The notes beneath the pieces were generated by a model. That model was not told where the DNA came from, ran no database searches, and saw nothing but the letters and a program-made list of their open reading frames with translations. A DNA stretch of 64,000 nucleotides from Candidatus Poribacteria bacterium (lineage in GTDB: Bacteria; Poribacteria; WGA-4E; PCPOR2b): the NCBI GenBank assembly GCA_965208325.1, contig OZ242326.1, forward strand, positions 4,128,001-4,192,000, given 5' to 3'. Made by a program: the position numbers and the translations under genes. Below are positions 49,594-60,085 of this stretch, in pieces; within the stretch, counting starts at the first letter, position 1; each line of letters begins with the position of its first letter.

Positions 49594-49780
49594 TGTTTGT
49601 GTAGCAACTAGAATAAACGGCGCTTCGTCCTTTAATTCCACTGACCGGAGCGGCAAAATCTTCAGTGTTGAAAAGGAGATTGTCCGGGTGCGTCTTGGAG
49701 GGGCGTGCCCCAAATTTTCGTTGCGTCCATTTGTTGTCTTAAGATTACGTATCACGACTGACAATTGAGGGTGATGAAGT

Positions 49781-50722
49781 ATGATTCGTTCCCTTCCACT
49801 ATATGAAACCGACAAAGGATCTGCATGCGCTGCGGGCAAAGAATCCGCCCGGTATTCGTCCGGGCGGCGCCATCCGCCCTGGATTCGAGCTCGAATTCCA
49901 GCAGGACCAAACTATGCAGATCTCAAGGCAATGATGCGTGACTTAGAGCTCCATTCAGTCTGCGAGGAGGCACGCTGCCCCAATATCGGTGAGTGTTGGG
50001 AAAATCGAACGGCGACCTTTATGATTTTGGGGGATGTGTGCACGCGCCGCTGCATGTTTTGCGCAGTCACCAAAGGGAAACCTACACAAGTAGACCGTGA
50101 TGAACCCCGGCGGATTGGGGAGGCAGTAGCCTATCTGAAACTCAAACATGTCGTCATTACCTCGGTCAACCGTGATGATCAAGTTGACGGCGGCGCCAGT
50201 ATCTTTGCTGCATGCATCCAAGAAGCGCGCGCCAATAACCCCGATTGCACCGTTGAAGTGCTTATCCCGGACCTTGAAGGAAATTGGGATGCATTAACAG
50301 TAATCCTACACGCAAAACCGGATGTGCTCAATCATAACACTGAAACGGTACCGCGGCTTTATCGGCGAGCCCGTCCCCAGGCCGACTATCACCGCTCTTT
50401 AGACCTCTTGCGCATTAGCAAGGAGGTTGACGGTACAATCCTGACCAAATCGGGATTGATGGTTGGCTTAGGTGAAACAGATTCCGAGTTGTTGCAGACT
50501 ATGCAGGATATTCGCCATTCCTACTGTGACATTCTGACAATTGGGCAGTACCTCGCGCCAACCTCACGACACCTTCCAATTCAAAAGTATTACACTCCAG
50601 AGGAATTCAAAGCGTTGAAAGCCGCGGGCATGGACATGGGATACCGCCATGTGGAGTCGGGACCGCTGGTGCGGAGTTCCTACCATGCGGGAGAACAAGC
50701 TGCATTGTCAATTAGCCGTTGA
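49781..50722 (+). CDS. lipA: Lipoyl synthase
   Basis: CEEARCPNIGEC, CTRRCMFC, VRSSY. Confidence 0.97.
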   Translation: MIRSLPLYETDKGSACAAGKESARYSSGRRHPPWIRARIPAGPNYADLKAMMRDLELHSVCEEARCPNIGECWENRTATFMILGDVCTRRCMFCAVTKGKPTQVDRDEPRRIGEAVAYLKLKHVVITSVNRDDQVDGGASIFAACIQEARANNPDCTVEVLIPDLEGNWDALTVILHAKPDVLNHNTETVPRLYRRARPQADYHRSLDLLRISKEVDGTILTKSGLMVGLGETDSELLQTMQDIRHSYCDILTIGQYLAPTSRHLPIQKYYTPEEFKALKAAGMDMGYRHVESGPLVRSSYHAGEQAALSISR

Positions 50723-50746
50723 ACAAAAGAACTCAGTAAAGATTGC

Positions 50747-50775
50747 TTGACATGAAATTCTAATTTCGCTAAGAT
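50747..50775 (+). promoter_or_regulatory. sigma70-type promoter
   Basis: TTGACA-17-TAAGAT. Confidence 0.6.
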
Positions 50776-50876
50776 TGAAGTTGATGCCACGGTACCCTAT
50801 TTATGGGATTCTCAACGGGGTTTAGAATTCGGTTTTAATTGCGGTTGAATCTAGTTGTCAATAAAGGAGGGTTTTG

Positions 50877-51713
50877 ATGTTTCGTACTTTCTCACTTCTA
50901 ATGATAATTTCCATTCTCGCCATGCCGAGCCTCGCTTCAGGTGCGCTGACCGATGGCTTAATATCAGTCTGGAACTTTGACGATGAAACCGCAAGTGACG
51001 CACTTGGCCGCAATGACGGCATACTTAGGGGCGGTGCGGCGTTCTCGGACGGCCCGAGCGGCAAGGCGGTTGATCTCAACGGAGTCGATGCTTTTGTAGA
51101 AGTTCCTCACAGCGATTCCATGAACGGCCTCGAGAATGCATTCAGCGTCACTGCATGGGCATTCTTCCGGGAGCACGGCAATTTTGTTGGCATAGTTTGG
51201 AAAGGAAGACAAGTTGGCTGGGCAGCCGGTTTCACGTTTGAAATTGTAAGCTTAGCAAACAGGAATCCAGAATTGATGGGATGGGGTGCTTGTACTGCGG
51301 ATACCGAGGGTTGGTATCATTCTCTACACCCGCATCTGCAAACTTGGTTTCACGTGGCGCAAATCGCGGACGGCAAAGAACTCCGTTCTTACTTTAACGG
51401 CGAACTTGTGGAAGTGCCCCACGCAGGCGAAACTTGGCTTGGGGCGGCAGGAGTCGGTAAAGTTCCACAGCCGCTCGCCGCACCCTATGCGCTCTTTCCA
51501 GATCAGCCGATACGTATGGGAATGAGCCAAGGTTTAAATAACAACCTAGACACGAAAACTTATCTTGACGGATTCGTGGATGAGGTGATGCTGTGGGACC
51601 GTGCACTCTCAGAAGATGAGGTCAATCAGGTTATGCGGGGCGAACTTGTAGCGGTTGAACCGAAGAGCAAGCTCGCCGTTACGTGGGGCGCACTAAAGGC
51701 ACACCATCGTTAG
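50877..51713 (+). CDS. Secreted LamG domain protein
   Basis: Signal peptide; WNFDD, WFHVA, DEVMLWDRAL; tail AVEPKSKLAVTWGALK. Confidence 0.88.
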   Translation: MFRTFSLLMIISILAMPSLASGALTDGLISVWNFDDETASDALGRNDGILRGGAAFSDGPSGKAVDLNGVDAFVEVPHSDSMNGLENAFSVTAWAFFREHGNFVGIVWKGRQVGWAAGFTFEIVSLANRNPELMGWGACTADTEGWYHSLHPHLQTWFHVAQIADGKELRSYFNGELVEVPHAGETWLGAAGVGKVPQPLAAPYALFPDQPIRMGMSQGLNNNLDTKTYLDGFVDEVMLWDRALSEDEVNQVMRGELVAVEPKSKLAVTWGALKAHHR

Positions 51714-51751
51714 TCTGCCGAACGTCTAATTTGAGAAGGAGGTTATTCACG

Positions 51752-52510
51752 ATGAGAACGATTTTTTATTTTACGGCAATTGCTATTTGTGTACTTGTCT
51801 TTCATCTGAGTGCTCCTGCTGACATTCTAGATGGGCTTGTGGCTTTCTGGAGCTTTGATGAAGGCGAAGGTGATAAGGCTGGAGATTCCATCGGGGAACA
51901 TCATGGAGAAATAGATGGCGCTACTTGGACAGATGATGCCATGGAAGGCACAGCATTGGATTTTTCTCCGAAGAAAGACTCATCTGTAATTATCGAACAC
52001 ATAGAGGGCATCGACGAATTGCCGAGCGGGTTTACGATATCGCATTGGGCAAAACAGCGCGGACGGGGTGCGATGATGGATAAATCCGAGAACGATGGCG
52101 CGAGGATTCAGTGGTTCTTGCTCAATGACACACGCCTGCATTGGGGAATCGGTAATTCCTTTGGGTTCGCCCCCGGACTTGGTGAGGTTAGGCAGTGGAT
52201 GTATCTAACATGGTCACACGAGCCGGGAGACAGCCAGGTGTACATAAACGGCGAAAAAGTCGGCGGCGGGCCAGAAGGGCCTGTTCCGGTAACCGGCCGC
52301 CCCATGTATTTTGGGACCCGGATGCCTTGGCAGCAATTCGGTAAGGAACAGCGGTTCGACGGTATTCTGGACGAAGTGGCTTTTTGGACCCGCCCGTTGT
52401 CAGTCAAGGAAGTTGAAGAAGTCACCGAAAAGGGAATACAGCAAATTCTAGCTGTTTCGCCGAAAGCCAAATTGTCGACAAAGTGGGCAAGCCTGAAAAC
52501 CAAACTGTGA
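51752..52510 (+). CDS. Secreted LamG domain protein; ATG after AAGGAGG
   Basis: WSFDEGEG, GILDEVAFWTRPL; tail AVSPKAKLSTKWASLK. Confidence 0.88.
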   Translation: MRTIFYFTAIAICVLVFHLSAPADILDGLVAFWSFDEGEGDKAGDSIGEHHGEIDGATWTDDAMEGTALDFSPKKDSSVIIEHIEGIDELPSGFTISHWAKQRGRGAMMDKSENDGARIQWFLLNDTRLHWGIGNSFGFAPGLGEVRQWMYLTWSHEPGDSQVYINGEKVGGGPEGPVPVTGRPMYFGTRMPWQQFGKEQRFDGILDEVAFWTRPLSVKEVEEVTEKGIQQILAVSPKAKLSTKWASLKTKL

Positions 52511-52658
52511 GAGTGTTTCGGATGAACCCCAAGGTGCAATAAAATTGCTAGATTGTGGTCTTTAACATCACTCTTCGCGCCGCGAAGAGAATGCAAAACC
52601 CTCGGGCGATCAAACGAAAATCGAGGAAGCCAATACTTGAATACGGTCGAAGTGTAGA

Positions 52659-53096
52659 TTGGCAATAATGACGATGCTGAAAATGACGCGCCCTATCGTT
52701 GATATTGCAATTACGTGCAGCAACTTCAACGAATCGCTTCGATTCTACCATGAACTCTTGGGATTTGAGATAGTGATGGCGGTTGACACTTCAGACGAAT
52801 TGGCAGAAGCGATTGGGCTCGCACCCCGCGGGTTTCATCAAATCCGCTTAAAGGCGGGAAACACGCTGATTAAATTGATGGATATTAAATCCCCGCCGCC
52901 GCCCGCTAATCACGGCTTTGACACGGGATTGGGGTGGTTCACTATTCTCATTGAAAACATTGCCGAAACCGTGGATGAATTGAAGGAGAAAGGGGTGGAG
53001 TTTGTATCTGAGCCGGTCGATGCGCCGGAAGCTGTAGTGGCTTGTGTTAAAGCCCCCGATGGAATCCTCATTGAGTTCGTGCAGCTCAAAAAGTGA
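52659..53096 (+). CDS. VOC/glyoxalase family protein
   Basis: SLRFYHELLG, APDGILIEFVQ. Confidence 0.85.
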   Translation: MAIMTMLKMTRPIVDIAITCSNFNESLRFYHELLGFEIVMAVDTSDELAEAIGLAPRGFHQIRLKAGNTLIKLMDIKSPPPPANHGFDTGLGWFTILIENIAETVDELKEKGVEFVSEPVDAPEAVVACVKAPDGILIEFVQLKK

Positions 53097-53100
53097 AGGC

Positions 53101-54216
53101 TTAACTCAAATTGATTTCGCTCCGCTGCTTTGCGGAGCGGTACATCTCCTCAATGAGACGGGTCACGGTCAAACCGATAGCCGCGGTATCAATCATTTTA
53201 ACCCGGCCTAACGCCCCCCAAACGAAGTGCTGCTGTGGGTCGTCGCAGCCTTCCGCCATCAATCCGAGCAATCGCATCCGTCTTTCGTAAGCGTCGATAT
53301 TGAAGTGGACATCAGCCTCAATGCCGTACATATCCGTATAGAGCGTGAACGGCTGTTGTGTAGTTTCATTCGACTTTGTATCGACGTGGAACGCCAACGG
53401 TTCTAGCCGCAGCCCGCCTTTAGATCCCATGATGCAATCTCCATCGCCGCCGTCCAGATTTACAGCCCACGCCGTTTCGACAAACATCGTGATGCCGCCT
53501 TTGAAACGAATAAAGCCGGTGCCGATTTCTTCTACGTTGTAACCGCTCTCTCGACGGCGGATTTCGTCCATTTCCAGCGACTGAAACGTTGACGCGGTTA
53601 CGGATTCAACCTCCGGATTGTTTAGCAGGTAAACCATTCTCGCCATCTGATAGACCCCAACGTCTATTAGGGCACCGCCGCCGGATTTCTGCTTCTGCAC
53701 AAAATGGGGCGTCGCGTAGCCATCCACATACACCCGTGCACGGCGGAGATACCGACTCGTCTTAGCATAGTAGGTTCGCCCGAGCGCGCCTTCTTGGATT
53801 AAGTATTTGGCTGTTCGCGTCTCTTTGCTAAAGAGCGTTCTCATCTGCACCGCCAGTATTTTCCCCGTCCGCTGTGCGGTGTCATACATCGCCCGCGCTT
53901 CTGCATACGTGGTCGCCATTGGTTTCTCACAGTAGACATGCTTGCCAGCTTCCAAGGCTGCGATTGTAACCGGGGAATGCAAGAAATTGGGGAGACAGAC
54001 ATCGACACTGTCAATCTCGTCAATGTTGAGCAGGTCACGATAATCGGAAAATACGCGTGCGATGCCGTGTTCATGGCCGACACGCTGTGCGTCAGCGACA
54101 TTGAAATCGGCTACCGCGGCAATCTCAACCTCCTGGCGCATTGATTGGTAGTTTTGAATGTGGCGTTTGCCGACGAGTCCTGTTCCGATTATTCCGACTC
54201 TGAGCTTGTCTGACAT
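53101..54216 (-). CDS. Gfo/Idh/MocA oxidoreductase
   Basis: GIIGTG, HVYCEKP, GGGALIDVGVY. Confidence 0.92.
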   Translation of the reverse strand: MSDKLRVGIIGTGLVGKRHIQNYQSMRQEVEIAAVADFNVADAQRVGHEHGIARVFSDYRDLLNIDEIDSVDVCLPNFLHSPVTIAALEAGKHVYCEKPMATTYAEARAMYDTAQRTGKILAVQMRTLFSKETRTAKYLIQEGALGRTYYAKTSRYLRRARVYVDGYATPHFVQKQKSGGGALIDVGVYQMARMVYLLNNPEVESVTASTFQSLEMDEIRRRESGYNVEEIGTGFIRFKGGITMFVETAWAVNLDGGDGDCIMGSKGGLRLEPLAFHVDTKSNETTQQPFTLYTDMYGIEADVHFNIDAYERRMRLLGLMAEGCDDPQQHFVWGALGRVKMIDTAAIGLTVTRLIEEMYRSAKQRSEINLS

Positions 54217-54236
54217 AGATTCTCCACAAAACTAGT

Positions 54237-55964
54237 CTACCAGCGGACAACTTCTTTGGGAATGAAATAGGTCCGGCCGATTTCCGATACGCCGTTATGT
54301 ACCGGTTTGCCTTGCCACATCGGCCCAATATTTCCGGGCGGGTCGAAGTCGACGACTTCGTTTCCACGCAAGGTAACGGTTGCCTCAATGTGCCCCACCT
54401 GCATCCGCGTCGTTCGCTCCGGTAAATCAAAGGTCAAGAGAAGTTCCTCTCCAACCGTACGCTGCGATATTGTCGCGTACGGCCCGTCATGATTGAATGC
54501 TACCGTTTCTCCGGATGGTCTGGACGTGATGGCTAGTGATCTGGGGTTTAGCCATGATGGCATACGAACCCGTAAGCATGCCTGCTTCTTCATGTGGATA
54601 CTCACCCTGCCCGCATAAGGTAGGTCGCTGGTTACGTCCGCAGATTTGGACGCTCGATTCATCAGCAGTTCGACCGTTACACGCTCCGGTTCCTCGTTTA
54701 GCATGCGGCACCAAGCGAAGTAGAGGGCTCGTGACGAATTCGCGACGCAGCACTGTGTGATGCCCGGATTCCATACGCGGAACTCGTTGGGGCTTGCCCA
54801 AGCCGCAAAGTTGCCGACGAGCCGTTCGGGCACCTGCTGTATCTCATCCAGCTCCGGATCAATTGGCGTCTCTGGTACGGATGAGAGTGATTCCTCAATC
54901 CACCGAGAACTGGTCAACTGGCATTCGGTCAACATATTTCTCACGTAACAATCTACGTGTTCCCAATAGTCCCCAATTCCCGCTTCAGTCAGCTTAAGCG
55001 CGGCGCCAGTCATGGCAGCGGTGTCACACGCCTCGCAGTTGATGACGCCGCCGCGGTCTTGGGGCCACTCGAGATACTCGGGGAAAAAACCAATCTCTGG
55101 AGCGCCGTGCGTCCTAGCAAATTCGTAACCCTTGCGTGCAAACTCCGCGAACGACCGGTCGCCCGAAACGAGGGTGTATTCGGTCAACACGAGAAGTCCG
55201 TTCGCGTGACAGTAGAAATGGATGGCAGATTTTGGCCCCAAATAGCCCTCGTGGCGTGCTAAAAATTGGCCGTCTTCGCAGAAATACTCCGCATGGTAAC
55301 GTATGAATCGGGCGAGTTTTCCGGCAAGATCCGATGCGGCGGCGTCGCCCGTTTCGCGAACGAACGCACACAGTCCCTGAAGCAGATAGACGCTATGCCG
55401 CGCCGGCCAACCTTTCGCATGTTCGACGCCCATGTAGTCCGGTCGTCTGCCCGACTGCGTCGCCGGACGATAGTTCAAATCATATTTCGCCGGGATATAA
55501 GCGAAATCGTCTATCTTTGGACAGATAGTGTCGAGGCGTTCGACCACGCGCTGTCCGGTCTCCAACCATGCTGGATCGCGTGTTAGCCGGTAATGGAGGG
55601 CTATGGCACATAGACTGCGTCCCATGTAGACTGGATGAAGATGTTCAATACCATTGCGCCGCGCATGAAGCCATTCGATCCAAGCCGCATCAACATCCAT
55701 GTTTGCGAGATTGCCCGTCATCAGCCGGTTAAGCAGGAGCGGTTCAGAGAGTTTCCCCTGTGCTGATTCCCATGTGTGACTGATTCGCGGCGGGTTCACG
55801 ATGATATTTCCGCGAAAGTAGGTGTCGTAATCCCGTCTTGGATTTACGCTGCGCGTAATCGCGTTAAGCGCAAGTTCAGCACGGTAAGCCAAATCGAGCG
55901 TGTCGGGGACAACCCGAAGCTCGTAAACCCCCGCTGGGATGGGCGCGGTTGATGAAGCATGCAT
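54237..55964 (-). CDS. GH127-like (alpha/alpha)6 glycoside hydrolase-like protein
   Basis: CEAC and QCC motifs resembling the HypBA1 Zn ligands; LPYAG, LRVRMPSW. Confidence 0.6.
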   Translation of the reverse strand: MHASSTAPIPAGVYELRVVPDTLDLAYRAELALNAITRSVNPRRDYDTYFRGNIIVNPPRISHTWESAQGKLSEPLLLNRLMTGNLANMDVDAAWIEWLHARRNGIEHLHPVYMGRSLCAIALHYRLTRDPAWLETGQRVVERLDTICPKIDDFAYIPAKYDLNYRPATQSGRRPDYMGVEHAKGWPARHSVYLLQGLCAFVRETGDAAASDLAGKLARFIRYHAEYFCEDGQFLARHEGYLGPKSAIHFYCHANGLLVLTEYTLVSGDRSFAEFARKGYEFARTHGAPEIGFFPEYLEWPQDRGGVINCEACDTAAMTGAALKLTEAGIGDYWEHVDCYVRNMLTECQLTSSRWIEESLSSVPETPIDPELDEIQQVPERLVGNFAAWASPNEFRVWNPGITQCCVANSSRALYFAWCRMLNEEPERVTVELLMNRASKSADVTSDLPYAGRVSIHMKKQACLRVRMPSWLNPRSLAITSRPSGETVAFNHDGPYATISQRTVGEELLLTFDLPERTTRMQVGHIEATVTLRGNEVVDFDPPGNIGPMWQGKPVHNGVSEIGRTYFIPKEVVRW

Positions 55965-56248
55965 GCTGTTGGCCTCCTTTCAAAAAATTTGATTCGGAAA
56001 TCTTCGGATAAAATATGTTAACCGTGTGAGATACTTTCCACTCTGAAAATGTTTGCTTCGGCTATTTTGCGCAGGAATTGTAGCGAGGAGTACGTGCAAC
56101 CAGTTTATAAAGACATTTCCTCAACTGTTTTAGCATTGCTTATCCATAAAATAATTCCACTCTAAACGATTTTTCAGCTAAAGCGTCAAATTGACATGAT
56201 GCTAATTTATTGACCATGTTTTCCAAAATGAATAAGGAGAATGAAACA

Positions 56249-56842
56249 ATGGAAATGCGAATCTGGCCGCACAAGCATTGGATTTATGAATCTGTTGTGT
56301 TCTTGTTTATACTTTCACTCATCGGTTGCGACGCTCTAGAACAGGCGCAGCAACGGCGGAATAAACGACTCAATCCGAACTTTACCCAACAGAATCCGCT
56401 GTCAAGTGTTCAAAGCGCAACAGCTTCGCTCACCAATCAACCCGCGCCATCCTTCACGTTGCAGGATTTAAACGGTAATCAGGTGAGTCTGGCAGATTTC
56501 AAGGGCAAGCCAGTCATTTTAAACTTCTGGACGACGTCGTGAGGGCCATGCCGTGTGGAGGTTCCACACTTGAACAGGCTATACCAGAAATACAAAGATC
56601 AAGGACTAGTGGTCATTGGTGTGAGCAGTGAACCAGATTTTAGAGTGAAAAGTTTTGTGCAACGGACACCCATCGCTTATACCATCCTTTTGAACGGGCG
56701 CGCTCAATTTCAAGCATACAGTGTGCAGGGTGTCCCATCCACCTATTATATTGATAAAGAGGGCATTGTGCGCTACCGTGAGGTTGGCTTTGGACCCGGC
56801 GGCGAGATAGCCATAGAGCAGAAGATAAAGGAACTCCTTTAA
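56249..56842 (+). CDS. TlpA/ResA-like thioredoxin-fold lipoprotein, probable selenoprotein (Sec at UGA 56540-56542)
   Basis: Two in-frame ORFs join as [15 protein letters not shown]; lipobox [19 protein letters not shown]. Confidence 0.85.
56553..56569 (+). promoter_or_regulatory. Candidate bacterial SECIS hairpin
   Basis: GTGTGGA-GGT-TCCACAC, 10 nt after the UGA. Confidence 0.6.
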
Positions 56843-56910
56843 CTACGTCCCTTGATAGAAAATTCATCCGCAAACGTACGGATTTGTAGATTGAATGAAA
56901 GAGTACCGCC

Positions 56911-57741
56911 TTAGAAATCCGGATATCCTTCTGTGTCCAATGCTGGAGACTCCGGTGGTTGAGATATTGTGTCCGCCGATTCATTTCCGGTTACTTCAAT
57001 TTCGACGATTCGGGCGGTACTCTTTTCTATCACGCTACCAAACGTGCGATCCACTACTTTTCGGTCATTGCTGCGATACACGACAAATTGAACCTTGGTG
57101 ATTTTCATTGGGGAAAACCTGAACTCAATTTTGCCGCCAGCCGGTTTTCCATAGGATGCTTGAGTCCTATACTCAATCTTTCCGGTTTTAATTCGACCTA
57201 AAGTTTCCCACCGTTTTTCGCGCCAAACTCTGAGAAGTCCCGAATAAATGCCAAATTTCGAAGCTGGATACTCGGAAGAATCCAGTGTGTGAATCACAAT
57301 CCGATTGACCCGTTTTCGTTCAGGAAAATGCACTTCAATCCAAGCGCAACCTTGTGATTCCCCGGGTATGTTGTCATCGAACGGATTTAGGAAGGGGTTG
57401 TAGCCGTGAATGCGTTCAAATTGAACTTCCCAACCTTCCCCCTTATCCCAATTTTCTGAGGAAGCGATACCGTTGATAGCCGTTGCGGCGTCATGTCCTG
57501 GGGTGGAGGTTGAAGTTATGGAGTATTCGATGCCGTCGTGAGTGGAATCGATCATGGATTGAACCCTGTGACCGGGCGTTCCCATTGAAGCAATAACCGT
57601 GGCGCCGTTTTGTGCGGTTGCATGGTCGAGTAGCTTTTTGTCCCGTGCAACTTCCGGAATCACTTGCGAGAGGCAGCCAATCCCCCCAACAGATACCAAA
57701 AACACAATCCAAATCTTAACCAAAGCGTTTAGGCTTTTCAT
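56911..57741 (-). CDS. Lipoprotein with discoidin/galactose-binding-like domain
   Basis: Lipobox GIGC; AWIEVHF..VNRIVI, ARIVEIEV. Confidence 0.65.
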   Translation of the reverse strand: MKSLNALVKIWIVFLVSVGGIGCLSQVIPEVARDKKLLDHATAQNGATVIASMGTPGHRVQSMIDSTHDGIEYSITSTSTPGHDAATAINGIASSENWDKGEGWEVQFERIHGYNPFLNPFDDNIPGESQGCAWIEVHFPERKRVNRIVIHTLDSSEYPASKFGIYSGLLRVWREKRWETLGRIKTGKIEYRTQASYGKPAGGKIEFRFSPMKITKVQFVVYRSNDRKVVDRTFGSVIEKSTARIVEIEVTGNESADTISQPPESPALDTEGYPDF

Positions 57742-58173
57742 GCCAAGCCTCCCTGATATTGGATCGCCGAAGCGGTTATCTCAACAAAATATTGTTGGAA
57801 TATTAATATAGGTTCTTTGGAATGTCAAGAAAACGTCTGGTGCATGCTGTATATCTAATAACACCTGAAATTGGCGAGGACGCGATTTTAGCGATTTGGC
57901 AACTTAGACAAAGCCGCCGAAGAAAACGTCTGATTGCGGCTGCGAGCGATTGAATACGTGTAGGACACAAAGGGGTTTGACTTAACCTGCGATAGCGGTT
58001 TGCCATTTGCTGGTGATTTCGAAGCGACATCAGTCCTCAATAAGGCATTGCGGGAGCAATTTCAAGACAACTGTGATGATGATGGCCGGTTGGACGAAAA
58101 ATCTAAACGATGGGGAAATTTTGGGAGCGATGATTGGGTGTTGCCTAGTCGTGAAAATTGCACTTCAACAGGT

Positions 58174-58806
58174 TTACCCTTTACTCGGTTGGTAGTAGGG
58201 ATTTGTACCTGCGGCGTGATCCGTGGTATCTACGATTTGAGTAATCTCCGGGAATACATCCTTAATCATTGATTCAATCCCGTGCTTCAATGTGACATTC
58301 GCCATGCCGCAACCCTGACATCCGCCTCCCATGTGTATGTAGATTGAATCATCCTTGACGTCTAAAAGGTCAATATGCCCGCCGTGTGCTGCTACCGCGG
58401 GATTAATCTGTTCGTCAATGAGTTCCTGAATCTTTTGAGCTTTGGGGTTATCCCAAGTTGGCGTGTTTGGATTCTCAACATTAAAACCGCTCGAATTCAG
58501 GGTTTCCACATAGTCAATGGTCGAGCCCTTCAGATTTTCAGCGCTCTCCGGATCAATTAAAACCTTGAAGTCGCCGCAGTCAACGACGACATCGTCCGGA
58601 GCTGCTTCTTCTTCAAGCCCTAGCCCGTACTGGAAGGCAGACGCAGTACGTCCTTCAATGGAGATTCGGAGACCTTCAACTTTTGCCTCTTGTCCATCAA
58701 TAATCGAATTTACCTTTTGCCTTGCAGCGTCGGTAACCGAGATGGAAAAATCCCCGTCCCCTGCGTCGGGTTGTTTCATCCTTAGCTTATTCAGCAGATT
58801 TTTCAT
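58174..58806 (-). CDS. nfuA: Fe-S biogenesis protein NfuA (Cys-poor A-type domain plus NifU domain)
   Basis: IDYVE..GF..ENPN; INPAVAAHGG; GGCQGC; DTTDH..NPYY. Confidence 0.9.
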   Translation of the reverse strand: MKNLLNKLRMKQPDAGDGDFSISVTDAARQKVNSIIDGQEAKVEGLRISIEGRTASAFQYGLGLEEEAAPDDVVVDCGDFKVLIDPESAENLKGSTIDYVETLNSSGFNVENPNTPTWDNPKAQKIQELIDEQINPAVAAHGGHIDLLDVKDDSIYIHMGGGCQGCGMANVTLKHGIESMIKDVFPEITQIVDTTDHAAGTNPYYQPSKG

Positions 58807-58932
58807 TGTCTTTGAAACATTCCGTAGAGAATGCTCTCTCCTTTCGTAGTATGGGAGGTCAAATTTTAAAAATGCTGCGGCGAGAAAACGAATTCCTTCC
58901 CGGTAAATCAGTGGTTTTCGATGGCTGAATTG

Positions 58933-59898
58933 CTAGGCTGCCGATCTACACAGGGGTTTTGCGAGCAAACGAAGTTCGCCGTTTTCGTCATACAAACGCT
59001 GAAGTCGGGCGATTGCTTCTGCTTCCAATTGGCGAATGCGCTCTCTTGTAACGTTTAGTTTCTCTCCGATTTCAAGTAAGGTCCTCTCCTCACCATCTTC
59101 AAGGCCGAACCTCATTCGTAGAACGGCTCGCTCTCTTGCCTTTAATTTGCCAAGCAGCGAATCCACTAAATCTCGATCAATCAGTTCTGAAATCAACCCA
59201 ACCTCTGGGTTTGCCTCCGAATCTTCAATCAAATCTCCCAAACTATTCGCGTCTCTTTCATCGGTCAAAGGCAACTCTAACGAAAGGATTTCCGAGTTGA
59301 ATTCGAGTATTTCTTCGATCTGTTTATCGGTAAATTCGAGTGATTTGGATAATTCTTCAACTGTTGGTTCCCGTTGCAAATCCTGACTCAAGTTTGCATA
59401 AGTCGAGTCAATTTTGTTGACTTTCGCAACGATATATGAAGGCAACCGAATTGACCGAGAACAGTTATCTAGCGTTCTCATTATGGCTTGTCTAATCCAC
59501 CAAATGGCATAGGTGCTAAACTTAAAGCCTTTACGGTAGTCGAATTTATTTACTGCTTTCATTAATCCAATATTGCCTTCTTGAATAAGGTCTTCCAAGG
59601 GAACATTGTTGCCTTGGTATTTTAACGCTACGGAAATCACTAACCGCAGGTTTGCCTCAATCAATTCACTACGAGCGGATTCATCGGCTGCTTCAATTCG
59701 TTTGGCAAGCTCTATTTCTTCTTCCCGGGATAAAAGTTCATGGTGCGACGCTTCGCGCAACCAACTACTTAGCGCATCGATTTGAGTGCTGCTTGATTCA
59801 TCGTCTGATAACGCGGCTATCCAACCCTCATCGTCCTCAATATACGCTTCTTCTGTTCCCTCAACCAAGGTCTTTCCCCGGACATCATTTTCATTCAT
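58933..59898 (-). CDS. Group 2-like sigma70 factor
   Basis: [37 protein letters not shown]; no region 1.1. Confidence 0.92.
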   Translation of the reverse strand: MNENDVRGKTLVEGTEEAYIEDDEGWIAALSDDESSSTQIDALSSWLREASHHELLSREEEIELAKRIEAADESARSELIEANLRLVISVALKYQGNNVPLEDLIQEGNIGLMKAVNKFDYRKGFKFSTYAIWWIRQAIMRTLDNCSRSIRLPSYIVAKVNKIDSTYANLSQDLQREPTVEELSKSLEFTDKQIEEILEFNSEILSLELPLTDERDANSLGDLIEDSEANPEVGLISELIDRDLVDSLLGKLKARERAVLRMRFGLEDGEERTLLEIGEKLNVTRERIRQLEAEAIARLQRLYDENGELRLLAKPLCRSAA

Positions 59899-59974
59899 TT
59901 CCTTTGTTCCCCATAGTCCGTTTACCGCTCCATTTAAATACTATCCATAATCGGCGTCTCATCTAACTACGGGA

Positions 59975-60059
59975 ATAATATCATCTTATCTAAGTTTAGT
60001 CAAGTAAATAACTTAAAAAATCATTTTAACTTGTAAATTTGGAATTTTGTTGATATAAT
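59975..60059. promoter_or_regulatory. Divergent sigma70 promoters
   Basis: Minus strand TTGACT-17-TATTAT (60003-59975); plus strand TTGTAA-17-TATAAT (60031-60059). Confidence 0.6.
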
Positions 60060-60085
60060 CTAATGTGTGAGTTGAAGGAGGTGCA

